From positions 37,014 through 101,013 of the forward strand of contig JAEPON010000012.1 in assembly GCA_017642895.1 (NCBI GenBank): a DNA stretch of 64,000 bases, in the 5' to 3' direction. The notes below the pieces were generated by a model. The model searched no databases, was not told where the DNA came from, and saw only the letters and a program-made list of their open reading frames with translations. Made by a program: the position numbers and the translations under genes. How positions within the stretch are numbered: position 1 is the stretch's first letter; each line of letters begins with the position of its first letter. Below, one piece after another: positions 63,391 to 64,000 of this stretch. This stretch comes from Roseitalea sp. GTDB lineage: Bacteria > Pseudomonadota > Alphaproteobacteria > Rhizobiales > Rhizobiaceae.

Positions 63391-64000
63391 GTGACATTGC
63401 GACCAGCGGTCTGGTTCGTCCCCGGACTGTGTCTTCTTGCCGGCCTGACGGTCGTTGCCGTTGCCGTGGGATCAACGCACCTGCCTTTTGGCGTCGTCCT
63501 GGATACGATCATGACGGCGCTGACAGGGCCTCACGCGGTGGAACAGCCCTCGCCGCTTGACCGGATCATCATCGACCTCAGGCTGCCGCGCGCCCTTCTT
63601 GCGCTCATGGTCGGCGCGGGGCTCGGCGTGGTCGGCTGTCTCCTACAGACCGTGACGCGCAACGATCTGGCCGATCCTTTTCTGTTCGGCCTGTCATCGG
63701 GCGCCGCGGCCGGTGCGGTCCTCGTCATCACCGTGACGGGCGACGTGTTCGGTGTCTGGACGCTCCCGCTGGCGGCATTCGTGGGCGGTATGCTCGCATC
63801 GGCGATCGTGCTGGTGCTGGTGTCGCGCTTGCGTGACCAGGGGCCGGCGCGGCTGGTCCTTGCGGGGCTTGCCGTCTCGTTCCTGTTCATGGCGCTGACC
63901 AATTACCTCGTCTTTGCGGGCGATCAGCGCGCCGCCCATTCGGTGCTGTTCTGGACGCTTGGCGGGCTGGGGTTGGCACGCTGGGATCTCCTCCCCGTGG
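63391..64000 (+). CDS. FecCD-family ABC permease (BtuC-like), 3' end outside the window
   Basis: Not in the supplied ORF track. From GTG 63391 the frame is open to the window end. The translation ...RIIIDLRLPRALLALMVGAGLGVVGCLLQTVTRNDLADPFLFGLSSGAA... is a typical FecCD N-terminal region. Confidence 0.85.
   Translation, partial: MTLRPAVWFVPGLCLLAGLTVVAVAVGSTHLPFGVVLDTIMTALTGPHAVEQPSPLDRIIIDLRLPRALLALMVGAGLGVVGCLLQTVTRNDLADPFLFGLSSGAAAGAVLVITVTGDVFGVWTLPLAAFVGGMLASAIVLVLVSRLRDQGPARLVLAGLAVSFLFMALTNYLVFAGDQRAAHSVLFWTLGGLGLARWDLLPV

Overview
High-GC chromosomal segment whose gene order looks like an alphaproteobacterium of the Rhizobiales; this is inferred from synteny and protein motifs read by eye, with no searches run. 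Bases 1-47,110 are mostly conserved core: pyrG, a PAS-GGDEF-EAL protein, cspA, divergent oxyR/katG, tRNA-Lys, ccdA, kdsA, eno, ftsB-like, pdhA-pdhB-pdhC-lpdA, lipA, a stand-alone ispF, dusB, ntrBC-ntrYX, trkA, hfq-hflX, mazG, tatD, metG, holB, tmk, a D-Ala-D-Ala carboxypeptidase, rlpA and tRNA-Ser(UGA). Small accessory insertions interrupt this core: an orphan Wzz-like protein with a small membrane protein, a split pentapeptide-repeat gene, and small ORFs between pdhC and lpdA. Directly after tRNA-Ser there is a roughly 13.7 kb island (47.1-60.9 kb) with no recognisable integrase. It holds a tightly packed seven-gene type I restriction-modification operon: half-size hsdS, hsdM, a GIY-YIG/DUF4357-like gene, full hsdS, a DUF4917-like gene with SIR2-type NAD-fold motifs, hsdR and an HExxH YgjP/M48-like gene. 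Convergent to it is a two-gene cassette (AAA+ ATPase with a C-terminal PD-(D/E)xK-like motif, plus a 409-aa coiled-coil protein), then an excisionase-like HTH gene. The RM-embedded SIR2-like and GIY-YIG genes are the best candidate for an uncharacterised defence module. The window ends with a cobalamin riboswitch controlling DUF1636 and a BtuFCD-like ABC importer. The permease gene (63391 to the window end) is missing from the supplied ORF track. Start codons were refined by eye from RBS and homologue N-termini and may be off by a few codons.
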